Shown here: positions 55,348 through 64,000 of the stretch, in pieces
How positions within the stretch are numbered: position 1 is the first letter of the stretch
Layout: every line of letters begins with the position of its first letter
Assembly (NCBI GenBank): GCA_963422375.2
Contig: OY729428.2
Location: 3,232,001 to 3,296,000, forward strand
Source of the DNA: Bryobacterales bacterium
Lineage (GTDB): Bacteria; Acidobacteriota; Terriglobia; Bryobacterales; UBA6623
DNA: 64,000 bases
Direction: 5' to 3'
The notes under the pieces: generated by a model
What the model saw: the letters and a program-made list of their open reading frames with translations, nothing else
The model's database searches: none
Told to the model about the DNA's origin: nothing
Made by a program: the position numbers and the translations under genes

Positions 55348-56928
55348 CTAGCGGAACACGATCAGGTTCTCGACCACCACGTCGTTGCCTTGCGACCCCT
55401 CGGCCGGCTCGCCGGACACCACTAGCCGGACGGTATGCCGGCCGTCCTCGAGGCCGAAGGCGTGCCACACGGAGTCGCCGTACTTGCGGCTGTCCTCGTC
55501 CGGGTAGACGTCGACCGACTTGTGCAACTCGCCGTCCAGGTAGACCTCGGCCCTGCCGCCGGTCGGCAGGTACGGCCCGGAGATGATCGCGCCGGTGCCC
55601 TCGAATGTGATCGTGGCCTGGGCGCCCTTGCGGGTCGCGAGCTTGCCCCTCCATTCGGTGCCGCGGCGGTCGGTGATGAGCTGATCTTTCCATGCCCCCC
55701 TGAAGCGCCAGCGGCGGTCCGCGGCCGGAACGCGCTCCATCGGCGAGCCGTAGTCGTCCCAAAGCTCCAGCTCGGCCGGCACCGCCTCCTGCTTGCGCAC
55801 GACGAGGGCGCCTCCCTCCACGCGCCCGCCATGGCGCTCGGCCAAGGCGATCGCCCGCTTCTGGGTGCTCTCGACTATGCCGGGGAAGGTGAAGTCGGTG
55901 AAGCTGAACTTCTTCTCGGAAATGGCCGGGATACCGCTCGTTAACCGCTCCGGCATCGCCGCGTAGCCCGTCATCACGCCGAGGATGCCGCAGGCGTTCG
56001 ACGGATTGCAGTCGGAGTCCTGGCCCGCCTGGGTGGAGATCCGCAGCGTGCGCTCGAAGTCCCGCTGGCCGTACAGCAGGCCGAGCGCGATATAGGCGCC
56101 GTTCAGCTTGGCGTCGATGTTGAAGGCGCGCAGCGCGCCGTTCGGGCAGGGCTCGCGCTTGTCCCACTTGTCGGCGATCAGCTGCCACGTCGCCAGCCAG
56201 TCGTCGGGGTGCTCCGCGGACCACTCCAGCACGTCGGCGATCAGCTGGGCGTAGGGGCTCTGCGGGGGCATGCAAGCCAGGCCGGCCTCGACGACCTTGC
56301 GCGGATCGTCCTCGAAGAAGGCCTCCGCGTACATGCACGACACGAACATGCCGCCGTAGATGCCGTCGCCGTGGTTCATGACGCGGCCGGCGCGCCAGGA
56401 GAGGTCGTTGACCGCCACCGGCATGCCCGGCGCCATCAGCCCGATGAAGTCGGCCTCGATCTGGAAGTCGATGTCGTTGGCGTGGGCGTTGTACGCGGGC
56501 GTCCCCGACAATTCCGCCGGCACGCCGCGCTTCAGCGCGCGCCGCGCCCCGAGGTTGGCATGCCACAGGCGGTAGCCGGCGTCGCGCAGCAGGTCGCCGA
56601 AATCCTGCGTGGTGGCGTCGAGGCCCTTCTCGTCGAGCACCGTGGCGAACGTCATCTCGACGTAGAGGTCGTCCTGGTCCAAGGCGGCCTCCACCATGTC
56701 GGGCGTCCACTCGGGCATCTCCTCCTCGGGCACGATGCGCTGGTTGTAGACGAACTCGGTCGGGTACCCGTAGGCCACGCCGACCATCTGGCCGGCCCAG
56801 CCTCCCGCGATGCGGTCGCGGAGGTCGTCCAGTCCGATCGCGGCCTCGCCCGGGCCCAGCGACGGGCCGCACGCGGCCAATGCAACGACGGCCAGCAGGC
56901 TCGCGCCCGCCGCGGAAACGGTTCTCAT
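55348..56928 (-). CDS. ADP-ribosylglycohydrolase-family lipoprotein with a C-terminal beta-sandwich domain
   Basis: Lipobox LAAC, GGWAGQMVGV.YG.PTE, QDDLY, IDFQIEAD, GQDSDCNP. C-terminal ITFEGTG...AEVYLDG...GRHTVRLVV. Confidence 0.85.
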   Translation of the reverse strand: MRTVSAAGASLLAVVALAACGPSLGPGEAAIGLDDLRDRIAGGWAGQMVGVAYGYPTEFVYNQRIVPEEEMPEWTPDMVEAALDQDDLYVEMTFATVLDEKGLDATTQDFGDLLRDAGYRLWHANLGARRALKRGVPAELSGTPAYNAHANDIDFQIEADFIGLMAPGMPVAVNDLSWRAGRVMNHGDGIYGGMFVSCMYAEAFFEDDPRKVVEAGLACMPPQSPYAQLIADVLEWSAEHPDDWLATWQLIADKWDKREPCPNGALRAFNIDAKLNGAYIALGLLYGQRDFERTLRISTQAGQDSDCNPSNACGILGVMTGYAAMPERLTSGIPAISEKKFSFTDFTFPGIVESTQKRAIALAERHGGRVEGGALVVRKQEAVPAELELWDDYGSPMERVPAADRRWRFRGAWKDQLITDRRGTEWRGKLATRKGAQATITFEGTGAIISGPYLPTGGRAEVYLDGELHKSVDVYPDEDSRKYGDSVWHAFGLEDGRHTVRLVVSGEPAEGSQGNDVVVENLIVFR

Positions 56929-56966
56929 GTCATTGGTCCTCTCTTTGGAAGCACGGTTGCCGATGC

Positions 56967-57962
56967 TCACAGTGTGGCGACGCCGATCAGCGTCAGGCCG
57001 CAGGCGTAGCCGAGGAACATCAGCACGATGAAGGGGGTCGCGCTCTTGGGCGCGCTCTTGAACTCGCGCCAGATGACGACGCCCCATATCGCCGCCACCA
57101 GAGTGGCGCCCTGGCCCAGCGCGTAGGAAATCGCCGGCCCGGCCACGCCCGAGGCGATGACGTTCAGGCCCAGGGCGACCATCCAGATCAGTCCGCCCAG
57201 CACGCCCAGGGAATGCAGCTTGGGGCCGCCGCCGAAGTAGCGCCCGTAGGTCTTCCGGCTGGCCTTCATGAACACCGTGTTGACCACTAAATTGCTGGCC
57301 AGCAGCCCGACGCCGAAGTACAGCAGCGCCGTGTAGGGCGTCAGGTAGCCGGCTTGGATCGGCACCGAGCCGAAGTCCGGCGAGACCGACTGCACCAGCA
57401 GCGGATAGAAGGCGCCCATCGTGCAGCCAGCGATCACGGCGAACAGCATGCCGCGCCCGAGGCGCCGCCCCTCCGCAGGCGGCAGCTTGCTGTAGGCCAG
57501 CGCCGACATGACCATGGCCACGACGATCAGCGCCACGCCCGCGAACAGCAGCGCCGGATCGCCCTTGGGCGTCTGGACGTAGCTGCGCACCGTGCCGATC
57601 ACCAGCGCCAGGCCGACGCCGACCGGGAAGGCCAGCGACATGCCCGCGGCGTCGATGGCGACGACCAGCAGGATGTTGGCCACGTTGAACAGAGCTCCGC
57701 TGAGCATGGCGTCGGCGATCGGCCCTCCGGCCGCCTGGCCGAGGTTCTCGGCCGTGCCCATGCCCGCCGCGCCGAAGCTGCCCAGCGTGAAGGCGAAGAC
57801 GAGGCCGGTCAGGAACACGCCGATCGCGTAGTCCCAGTAGTACAGCTCGAAGGGCCAGTCCTCGCGGCCGGCCAGCTTCTGCGTGTTGGCCCACGAACCC
57901 CAGCCCAGCATGGTGAGCATGCACAGCGCGATCGCCAGTCCCAGGCTCTCGACAACGAACAT
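56967..57962 (-). CDS. DMT-superfamily (GRP/ureide permease-like) sugar transporter
   Basis: About 10 hydrophobic segments, WGSWANTQK, FELYYWDY, AFPVGVGLAL, GPAISYALGQGATLVAAIWGV..WREF. Confidence 0.85.
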   Translation of the reverse strand: MFVVESLGLAIALCMLTMLGWGSWANTQKLAGREDWPFELYYWDYAIGVFLTGLVFAFTLGSFGAAGMGTAENLGQAAGGPIADAMLSGALFNVANILLVVAIDAAGMSLAFPVGVGLALVIGTVRSYVQTPKGDPALLFAGVALIVVAMVMSALAYSKLPPAEGRRLGRGMLFAVIAGCTMGAFYPLLVQSVSPDFGSVPIQAGYLTPYTALLYFGVGLLASNLVVNTVFMKASRKTYGRYFGGGPKLHSLGVLGGLIWMVALGLNVIASGVAGPAISYALGQGATLVAAIWGVVIWREFKSAPKSATPFIVLMFLGYACGLTLIGVATL

Positions 57963-57972
57963 CGTGACCTCC

Positions 57973-58911
57973 CTATGTCTTCGCCTCCGCGAGGAAGCTC
58001 TCCACTTCGCGGCGCGTCGGCACCGAGCTCTGCGCGCCGGGTCGGGTGACCGACAGCGCCGCCGCTGCGTTGGCGAACCGCGCCGCCTCCCGCGCCGGGC
58101 GCCCGTCGGCCAAGGCCGTGGCGAAAGCACCGTTGAACGTGTCTCCGGCGGCGGTGGTGTCCACCGCGTCGACCTTGAATCCCGCCACGCGCATCGTATC
58201 CCTGGCGGTGGCGATCAGGCAGCCGCGCGCGCCCAGCTTGAGCACCGCTGCCTTGGGTCCCAGCGCCAGGATGCGCCGGGCCGCCCGCTCGACCGCGCCG
58301 TCGTCGTCCAGCGTCCCGTCCGGCTCGCCCAGCAGCGTCAGCGTCTCGGTCTCGTTCGGCGTCAGGTAGTCCACGTGCCGCAGCAGCTCCGCGGGCAGCG
58401 GGCGGGCCGGCGCGGGATCGAGGACGGTCGTCGCCCCGCGCGCCTTGGCGGCTGCCAGGGCCGCCTGTACCGTATCGAGCGGGATCTCCAGCTGCGACAG
58501 CAAGTAGTCATCCGGGCGCAGCGCGCCCAGCCTGTCCGCAGCGACCGCGGGGCTGACTGTCGCGTTCGCGCCCGGCGCGATGACGATCACGTTCTCCCCG
58601 TCCGGCAGCACGAAGATCACCGCCGTGCCGGTCGAGCAGTCCGAAGTGCCGATCGCGTCGGTCCGCACGTCCGCGGAGCGCAGGCTGTCCAGCAGCAGCG
58701 CCGCGAGGCCGTCGCCGCCGACCTGGCCGATCATGCTGGCGCGGGCGCCCATGCGGCCGGCCGCGAACGCCTGGTTGGCGCCCTTGCCGCCGCTGAATGT
58801 CTGCAGGTCGCCGCCGAAGATCGTCTCGCCCGGCTTGGGCAGGCGGGCGACCTGCTGCACGAGATCGGCGTTGAGGCTGCCGATGACGACGATTGCCGGA
58901 CTCTCGCTCAT
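57973..58911 (-). CDS. rbsK: Ribokinase
   Basis: GSLNADL, GGKGANQA, PGAN, QLEIP, TPNETE, DTTAAGDTFNG, GAQSS. Confidence 0.93.
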   Translation of the reverse strand: MSESPAIVVIGSLNADLVQQVARLPKPGETIFGGDLQTFSGGKGANQAFAAGRMGARASMIGQVGGDGLAALLLDSLRSADVRTDAIGTSDCSTGTAVIFVLPDGENVIVIAPGANATVSPAVAADRLGALRPDDYLLSQLEIPLDTVQAALAAAKARGATTVLDPAPARPLPAELLRHVDYLTPNETETLTLLGEPDGTLDDDGAVERAARRILALGPKAAVLKLGARGCLIATARDTMRVAGFKVDAVDTTAAGDTFNGAFATALADGRPAREAARFANAAAALSVTRPGAQSSVPTRREVESFLAEAKT

Positions 58912-58966
58912 GGCGCGGGAAGCCTCTCCGCGGTCGCGCCGCGGCGCGCGAATGGCGCGGTCGCGC

Positions 58967-60541
58967 TCATCGGAACACCACCAGATGAGTGAGGGCGATG
59001 TCGCTGCCGCCGGAGCCGGGGTACGTCTCGCCGCGCACCACGACGCGCAGGGAGTGCTTGCCGTCTTCGAGGTCGTAGTCGTGCCAGACGGACTCCCCGC
59101 CCTTCTGCAGGTCCTCGTCCGGATAGACGTCGACGGTGCGGCTCAGCTCGCCGTCCAGATAGACGTCGGCCTTGCCTCCGGTGGGCAGGTAGAAGCCCGT
59201 GACCATCGCTCCGCGGCCCTCGAAGTCGATGGAGGCCTCGGCTCCCTTGCTGTCGCTGGTCCGGACAGTGTTCGGGTGCCCCCAGCGAGGAGTCGTCTTC
59301 TCTGTCCAGTCGCCCTTGAACGTCCATCGCTCGTCGGTCACCGGGATGCGCTCCGCCGGCGCTCCGTAGTCGTCCCAGATGTCCAGTTCCGCGGGAACCG
59401 GATCCTGGGTGCGCACGGTCAGCCAGTCGCCGTCGACGCTTCCGCCGTGCCGCTCCGCCATGGCAACGGCGCGCTTCACGGTGCTGTCGACGATGGTGCG
59501 GAAGGAATAGTCGGTGTAGCTGAACTTCTCGTCGGCGACCCTGTCGAGACCGCGCTTGTACTCGTCCGGGATGCCCTCGAGGCCCATGGCCACGCCGAGG
59601 ACGCCGAGGGCGCTGGCGGGGTTGCAGTCCGAGTCCTGGCCGCAGCGCGTGGAGATGGTCATGGTCTTGCCGAAATCCCCTTCGCCGTACAGCATGCCCA
59701 GCGCGATATAGGCGCCATTGAGCTTGGCGTCGATGTTGAACGGGTTGGCCGCGCCCTCGGGGCACGGCTCGCGCGCGTTCCACTTGTCCTCGACGGCGTT
59801 CCAGACGCCGATCCAGTCTTCGGGCTGCTCCTCGGACCACGCCAGCACGTCGGATACGAGCTTGGCGTAGGGGCTCTCCGGCGGGAGGCAGGCCAGCCCC
59901 GCTTCGACCAGCGCGCGCGGATCGTCCTCGAAGAACGCCGCCGCGTACATGCAGCTGACGAACATGCCGCCGTAGATGCCGTCGCCGTGGTTCATGACCC
60001 GGCCCGCCCGGTAGCAGAGGTCGTTGGAGGCCTGCGGCAGCCCAGGCGTCATCAGGCCCACGAAGTCGGCCTCGATCTGGAAGTCGATGTCGTTCGCGTG
60101 GGCGTTGTACTTCGGCGTGCCGCTCAGCGTGGCGGGCACGCCGCGCCGCAGCGCCCGCCGTGCCGCCAGGTTGGCGTGCCACAGACGGTACTCGGCGTCC
60201 TTGAACATCGCGCCGAAGTCCTCCGTCGTCGCGTCCAGGCCCTTGTCGTCCAGCACCTGCGCGAAGGTCATGTCCACGTAGAGATCGTCCTGCTTGATCG
60301 CTCCCGCGATCATGTCCGGCTCCCATTGCGGCAGCTCGTCCTCGGGGATGATCCTCTCGCGGTGCCGGAACTCGGTGGGCGCGCCGTAGCTGACGCCGAT
60401 CATCTGGCCGGCCCAGCCGCCGGCGATCTTGTCCTCCAGCTCGGACAAGGAGATGCGCCGCTCCCCGGAATCGGTGCCGCCCGCGCAGCCGGCGAGAGCG
60501 ACGGCTGTGATCGTGACGAGGTTCAAGCGCGCGCTTCTCAT
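58967..60541 (-). CDS. ADP-ribosylglycohydrolase-family lipoprotein, paralog of 55348-56928
   Basis: Lipobox LAGC and the same motifs (QDDLY, YNAHANDIDFQIEAD, GQDSDCNP) and C-terminal domain. Confidence 0.85.
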   Translation of the reverse strand: MRSARLNLVTITAVALAGCAGGTDSGERRISLSELEDKIAGGWAGQMIGVSYGAPTEFRHRERIIPEDELPQWEPDMIAGAIKQDDLYVDMTFAQVLDDKGLDATTEDFGAMFKDAEYRLWHANLAARRALRRGVPATLSGTPKYNAHANDIDFQIEADFVGLMTPGLPQASNDLCYRAGRVMNHGDGIYGGMFVSCMYAAAFFEDDPRALVEAGLACLPPESPYAKLVSDVLAWSEEQPEDWIGVWNAVEDKWNAREPCPEGAANPFNIDAKLNGAYIALGMLYGEGDFGKTMTISTRCGQDSDCNPASALGVLGVAMGLEGIPDEYKRGLDRVADEKFSYTDYSFRTIVDSTVKRAVAMAERHGGSVDGDWLTVRTQDPVPAELDIWDDYGAPAERIPVTDERWTFKGDWTEKTTPRWGHPNTVRTSDSKGAEASIDFEGRGAMVTGFYLPTGGKADVYLDGELSRTVDVYPDEDLQKGGESVWHDYDLEDGKHSLRVVVRGETYPGSGGSDIALTHLVVFR

Positions 60542-60807
60542 GAACTGGCCCTCCGGGGAGCATCAATCATACCCGATGCGCCGTGTCGCGCGTCACTTAG
60601 GTTCCCTCTCTTGAACTGGGCTCAGAGGCAAGCGAATCTGGCGGTGCTCAGCCAAGAGGCACAACGGTCGTTGGGATGACTCGCCGACCGCAGTCGACCA
60701 GTGCAGAAAGGCTCCTGACGAACTGCGGCCGAGCCCTTCCGCGTCGGCAAATCGCAATGGGGAGCCGGTGCCGACCCTCGCTGCATACTGAGAGGCGCAA
60801 AAGTCTT

Positions 60808-61840
60808 CCTGATTACCAACGAACGTCAGCCGAGGATATGCTATACTGAAGGAGGGCGGAAATCTCTGATAGGAAAGGGGATAGCAGCTGAAACGCAATC
60901 GCGTGCAATTCCAGAAGGGACTCAGCCAGGGCAAGTTCCTGCAGCGCTACGGCAGCGAGGGGCCATGCGAGCACGCCGTCTTCAACGCCCGCCGGCCGGA
61001 CGGCTTCCGCTGCCCGGAGTGCGGCTCCCGGCGGCACTGCCGCATCCGCTCCCGCAAGCTCCGGCAGTGCCATGCCTGCCACCGCCGGACCTCCCTCGTC
61101 GCCGGCACGATCTTCGCCGCCACCCAGCTGCCGCTGACCGTCCGGTTCCTGGCGCTCCACCTGCTGACGCAGGGCCGGCACGGCGTTTCGTCGCTGGAAC
61201 TGGCGCGGCAGCCGGGCGTCAGCCGGAATACCGCCTGGAAGGTGAAGCACAAGCTCCTGCAAGTGATGAAGGAGCGCGACGAGCGCGTGCCCCTGCGCGG
61301 CATCGTGCAGGTGGACGACGCTTACCGGGGCGGGGAGCGGACCGGCGGCAAGCGCGGTCGCGGCGCGGCGGGCAAGACGCCGTTCGTGGCCGCCGCGCAG
61401 GTCAGCGCCGCCGGCCAGCCGGCAAGGATGCGCCTGAGCAGCGTGGCGGGCTTCCGCCAGAAGGCGCTGGCAGCGTGGGCCGGGCGGCACTTGCAGCCCG
61501 GCACGGAGGTGCATTCCGACGGCCCGGCCTGCTTGCAGGGCGTGGCCGGCGCCGGCTGCGAGCACGTGCCGACCGTCACCGCAGGCGGGCAGCGGAGCTG
61601 CGCGGATTCCCGCTTCGTCCGGGTCAGCACGATGCTGGGGAACGTCAAGCAGTCCCTGGCGGGAACCTGCCATTCGTTCGACGGCAAGCACCTGCCGCGC
61701 TACCTCGCCGAGTTCCGCTACCGCTTCAACCGCCGCTACGATCTCGAGGCGCTGGTCCCCCGCCTGCTCCACGCCTCCGTGCGCACCCCGCCCATGCCTT
61801 ACCGCCTCCTAGCCTTGGCTGGGTCTTGTGGGTAATCAGG
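60808..61840 (+). mobile_element. IS1595-family element, copy 2 (1033 bp; transposase 60903-61835)
   Basis: Same IRs and length as 37392-38424, opposite orientation. Flanks AAAGTCTT / TCATGGAA are not duplicated. Confidence 0.92.
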
Positions 61841-61904
61841 TCATGGAATGAATCGCCCGCCGTCGACGGTGGTCAAGGCGGCACGTGGCGTGCATGCCGT
61901 CCAT

Positions 61905-62933
61905 CTAGCGATCGTCCGCCAGTTCCGCTCGCCGGATCTCCTCGGCGATGGCGAGCTGCCGCTTGGCGCGGTCGGGACGGCCTGCCTTGTAGTGGATGCG
62001 ACTCTGCAGGAAGTGCGCCTCGTAGCTCCGCGGCTCGATCTCGAGAGCGCGCTGCACGGAGGCCTCGGCGAGTTCCAGTCCGCCTTGGCCAAGATGGATC
62101 TTGGCCAGCAGGAGCAGGGATCGCGCCAGCCGCTTGTCGAGCCAGACGGCGCGCTTGAGCGCCTCGACCGCCGCTGCGGGCTGCCCGAGGGCGGCCAGGG
62201 TCTCGCCCAGCGCGTGCCACGCGAGGGCGTGCCCCGGGTTGCGCGACAGCTCGCTGCGCAGCAGCGCGGCGGAGCGGCCGTAGTCGCCGCCGCGGAAGGC
62301 CAGCACGCCCAGTTCGTAGGCCGCGCCGTGCAGGTCGGGCCGCCGCTCGACGGCGGCCCGCAGCAGCGCCTCGGCATCCGCAGGGCGATTCTCCCGCAGC
62401 GCGAGCCCGGCGGCGAGCGCGAACGCCTCCGCAGCTGCCGGATCGACGCCGAAGATCTTCGCGAAGGCGATCCTCGCCCGGTCGCGCTGGCCCAGCTGCA
62501 GGCGCGTCATGGCCAGCGAGTACAGCAGGTCGGAGTCGTCCGGCCGCCACGCCGCCGCCTGCTCCAGCAGCGGAGCGGCCTCTCGGAACTGCCCGGCGAA
62601 GTAGCGGGCGGGGCCCAGGATCTCCACCGTCTGCCGCCACGCGGCGGATTCCGCCCGCTCGAGCGCGAGACAGGCCGACAGGTGGTCGGCCGCGGCGGCG
62701 AAGTCCCGCAGGCGGTAGAGCGCCAGGCCGAGGAAGTGCCTTGCCTCGGGCCGCCCCGGCAGCCTCTCGGCCCAAGGCTCGAGCCGCTGGACGACGCCCC
62801 CGTAGTCGCCGCGCGCCAGCAGGGCGTCGGCGGCCCGCACGGCGTCGGCGTATCCCGCCAGGTCGGCGGTCTGGGCGCAGACCGTCCCGGCGGCGCAGGC
62901 CGCGACGAGCGCGAGCCGGAGGGCGGCGCTCAC
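61905..62933 (-). CDS. Tetratricopeptide-repeat protein, exported
   Basis: GTG 62933 overlaps the upstream TGA. Leader VSAALRLALVAACAAGTVCAQ and TPR helices (ARHFLGLALY, AWHALGETL). Confidence 0.85.
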   Translation of the reverse strand: MSAALRLALVAACAAGTVCAQTADLAGYADAVRAADALLARGDYGGVVQRLEPWAERLPGRPEARHFLGLALYRLRDFAAAADHLSACLALERAESAAWRQTVEILGPARYFAGQFREAAPLLEQAAAWRPDDSDLLYSLAMTRLQLGQRDRARIAFAKIFGVDPAAAEAFALAAGLALRENRPADAEALLRAAVERRPDLHGAAYELGVLAFRGGDYGRSAALLRSELSRNPGHALAWHALGETLAALGQPAAAVEALKRAVWLDKRLARSLLLLAKIHLGQGGLELAEASVQRALEIEPRSYEAHFLQSRIHYKAGRPDRAKRQLAIAEEIRRAELADDR

Positions 62934-64000
62934 GGGGCGGGCGTTCCCCGGCCCTGCTCGAGGACCACCACGCGGTCCACCCCGGCGGGCGCGAACCACT
63001 CGGCCTCGCCGTTCGGCCACTTGACTTCGAGTCGCTCGACGAGCTCGGTGGCGCCCAGGCCGAAATGCACCCGCAGGTCGCCTTGGGACAGGTAGCTGCG
63101 GCCCGACGCCACTTCGCCCCGCTGCCTGAGCCCGTCGGCGACGCAGAACACCTTCGCTCCGATCGCGTCGGCGGGCGTGCGGCGATCCGGCCGGCCGACG
63201 AGCCTGGCCGCGATCCAGTGCGCTCCGTCCGGCGCGTGCCGGTTGCGCAGCACGGTGGGCGGGCCGTCGAGGTTGTTCAGGACGATGTCGGGGGTGCCGT
63301 CGTTGAACAAGTCCCCCACCGCGGCTCCCCGGGAGCTCTTCGGAGCGGCGAGGGCGGCGCCCGCGCTGCCGGACACGTCGGCGAATCTCCCGTTGCGCAG
63401 GTTGCGGAACAGCAGCGTGCGCTGCCGGTAGGAGGTGCCCCACGCCGCGCCGTCCGCCTGGGGGAAGATATGGCCGTTGGCCGCCAGCAAGTCCAGCCAG
63501 CCGTCGTTGTCGTAGTCGAGGAAGGCCGCGCCCCAGCCGAGGAACGGCAGGGTCGCCGCGAGCAGGCCGGACTGCAGCGTGACGTCGCTGAAGTCCAGCC
63601 CGCCCTCGTTGCGGTGCAGGGTGTAGTTGTCGCCGGCGAAGGTGGTGAAGAAGAAGTCGCTGCGGCCGTTGCCGTTGAAATCGCCCACGGCGACGCCCAT
63701 GTAGGCTTGGTCGCGACCGTCGCCGTTGGTGCCCAGTCCGCTGAGCACGCCGATCTCGGCGAACGTGCCGTCGCCCCTGTTGTGGAACAGGAAGTTCGGC
63801 ATCGAGTCGTTGGCCACTATCAAGTCCGGTCGGCCGTCGTCGTCGGCATCGACCCACGCTACGCCCAGCCCGTAGCTGGCCTCCGCCTCGTGCAGGCGCG
63901 CCTGCCGGGACACATCGCGGAAGCGCCCGCCCCCCTCGTTGCGGAAGAGCCGGTCCGCCGCCGGCGCCAGGCCCTTCGGGCCGCAGGCCACCGGGATACC
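62930..64000 (-). CDS. CRTAC1-family / ASPIC-UnbV protein (5' end outside window)
   Basis: DADDDG, DFNGNG, DYDNDG repeats, SSRGAAVGD, SYLSQGDLRVHFGLG. Confidence 0.9.
   Translation of the reverse strand, partial: GIPVACGPKGLAPAADRLFRNEGGGRFRDVSRQARLHEAEASYGLGVAWVDADDDGRPDLIVANDSMPNFLFHNRGDGTFAEIGVLSGLGTNGDGRDQAYMGVAVGDFNGNGRSDFFFTTFAGDNYTLHRNEGGLDFSDVTLQSGLLAATLPFLGWGAAFLDYDNDGWLDLLAANGHIFPQADGAAWGTSYRQRTLLFRNLRNGRFADVSGSAGAALAAPKSSRGAAVGDLFNDGTPDIVLNNLDGPPTVLRNRHAPDGAHWIAARLVGRPDRRTPADAIGAKVFCVADGLRQRGEVASGRSYLSQGDLRVHFGLGATELVERLEVKWPNGEAEWFAPAGVDRVVVLEQGRGTPAP

Overview
High-GC bacterial window whose gene content resembles Acidobacteriota (Bryobacterales-like; this is inference). Periplasmic/outer-membrane modules of unknown function dominate. 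These are two Oar-type TonB-dependent receptors, two CRTAC1/UnbV + TPR modules (one with a 7-heme cytochrome c), three PSD1-type cytochrome (DUF1549/DUF1553) + DUF1501 pairs, and two DUF1592-type + DUF1552 pairs (one with an ankyrin protein). A six-gene minus-strand locus at 52.5-60.5 kb encodes three exported ADP-ribosylglycohydrolase-family proteins, a Tat-exported nucleoside hydrolase, ribokinase and a sugar permease, and looks like an extracytoplasmic ribose/ADP-ribose scavenging system. Other genes are glpK, an enolase-superfamily enzyme, a quinone oxidoreductase, an esterase and a fatty-acid desaturase. At least nine IS copies or remnants from about six families are present, several nested, and three have clean target-site duplications. 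Several IS copies are decaying mainly by A:T->G:C changes, often at the same conserved codons in both copies. No rRNA, tRNA or CRISPR array was seen. All family names come from motif recognition by eye, not from database searches.
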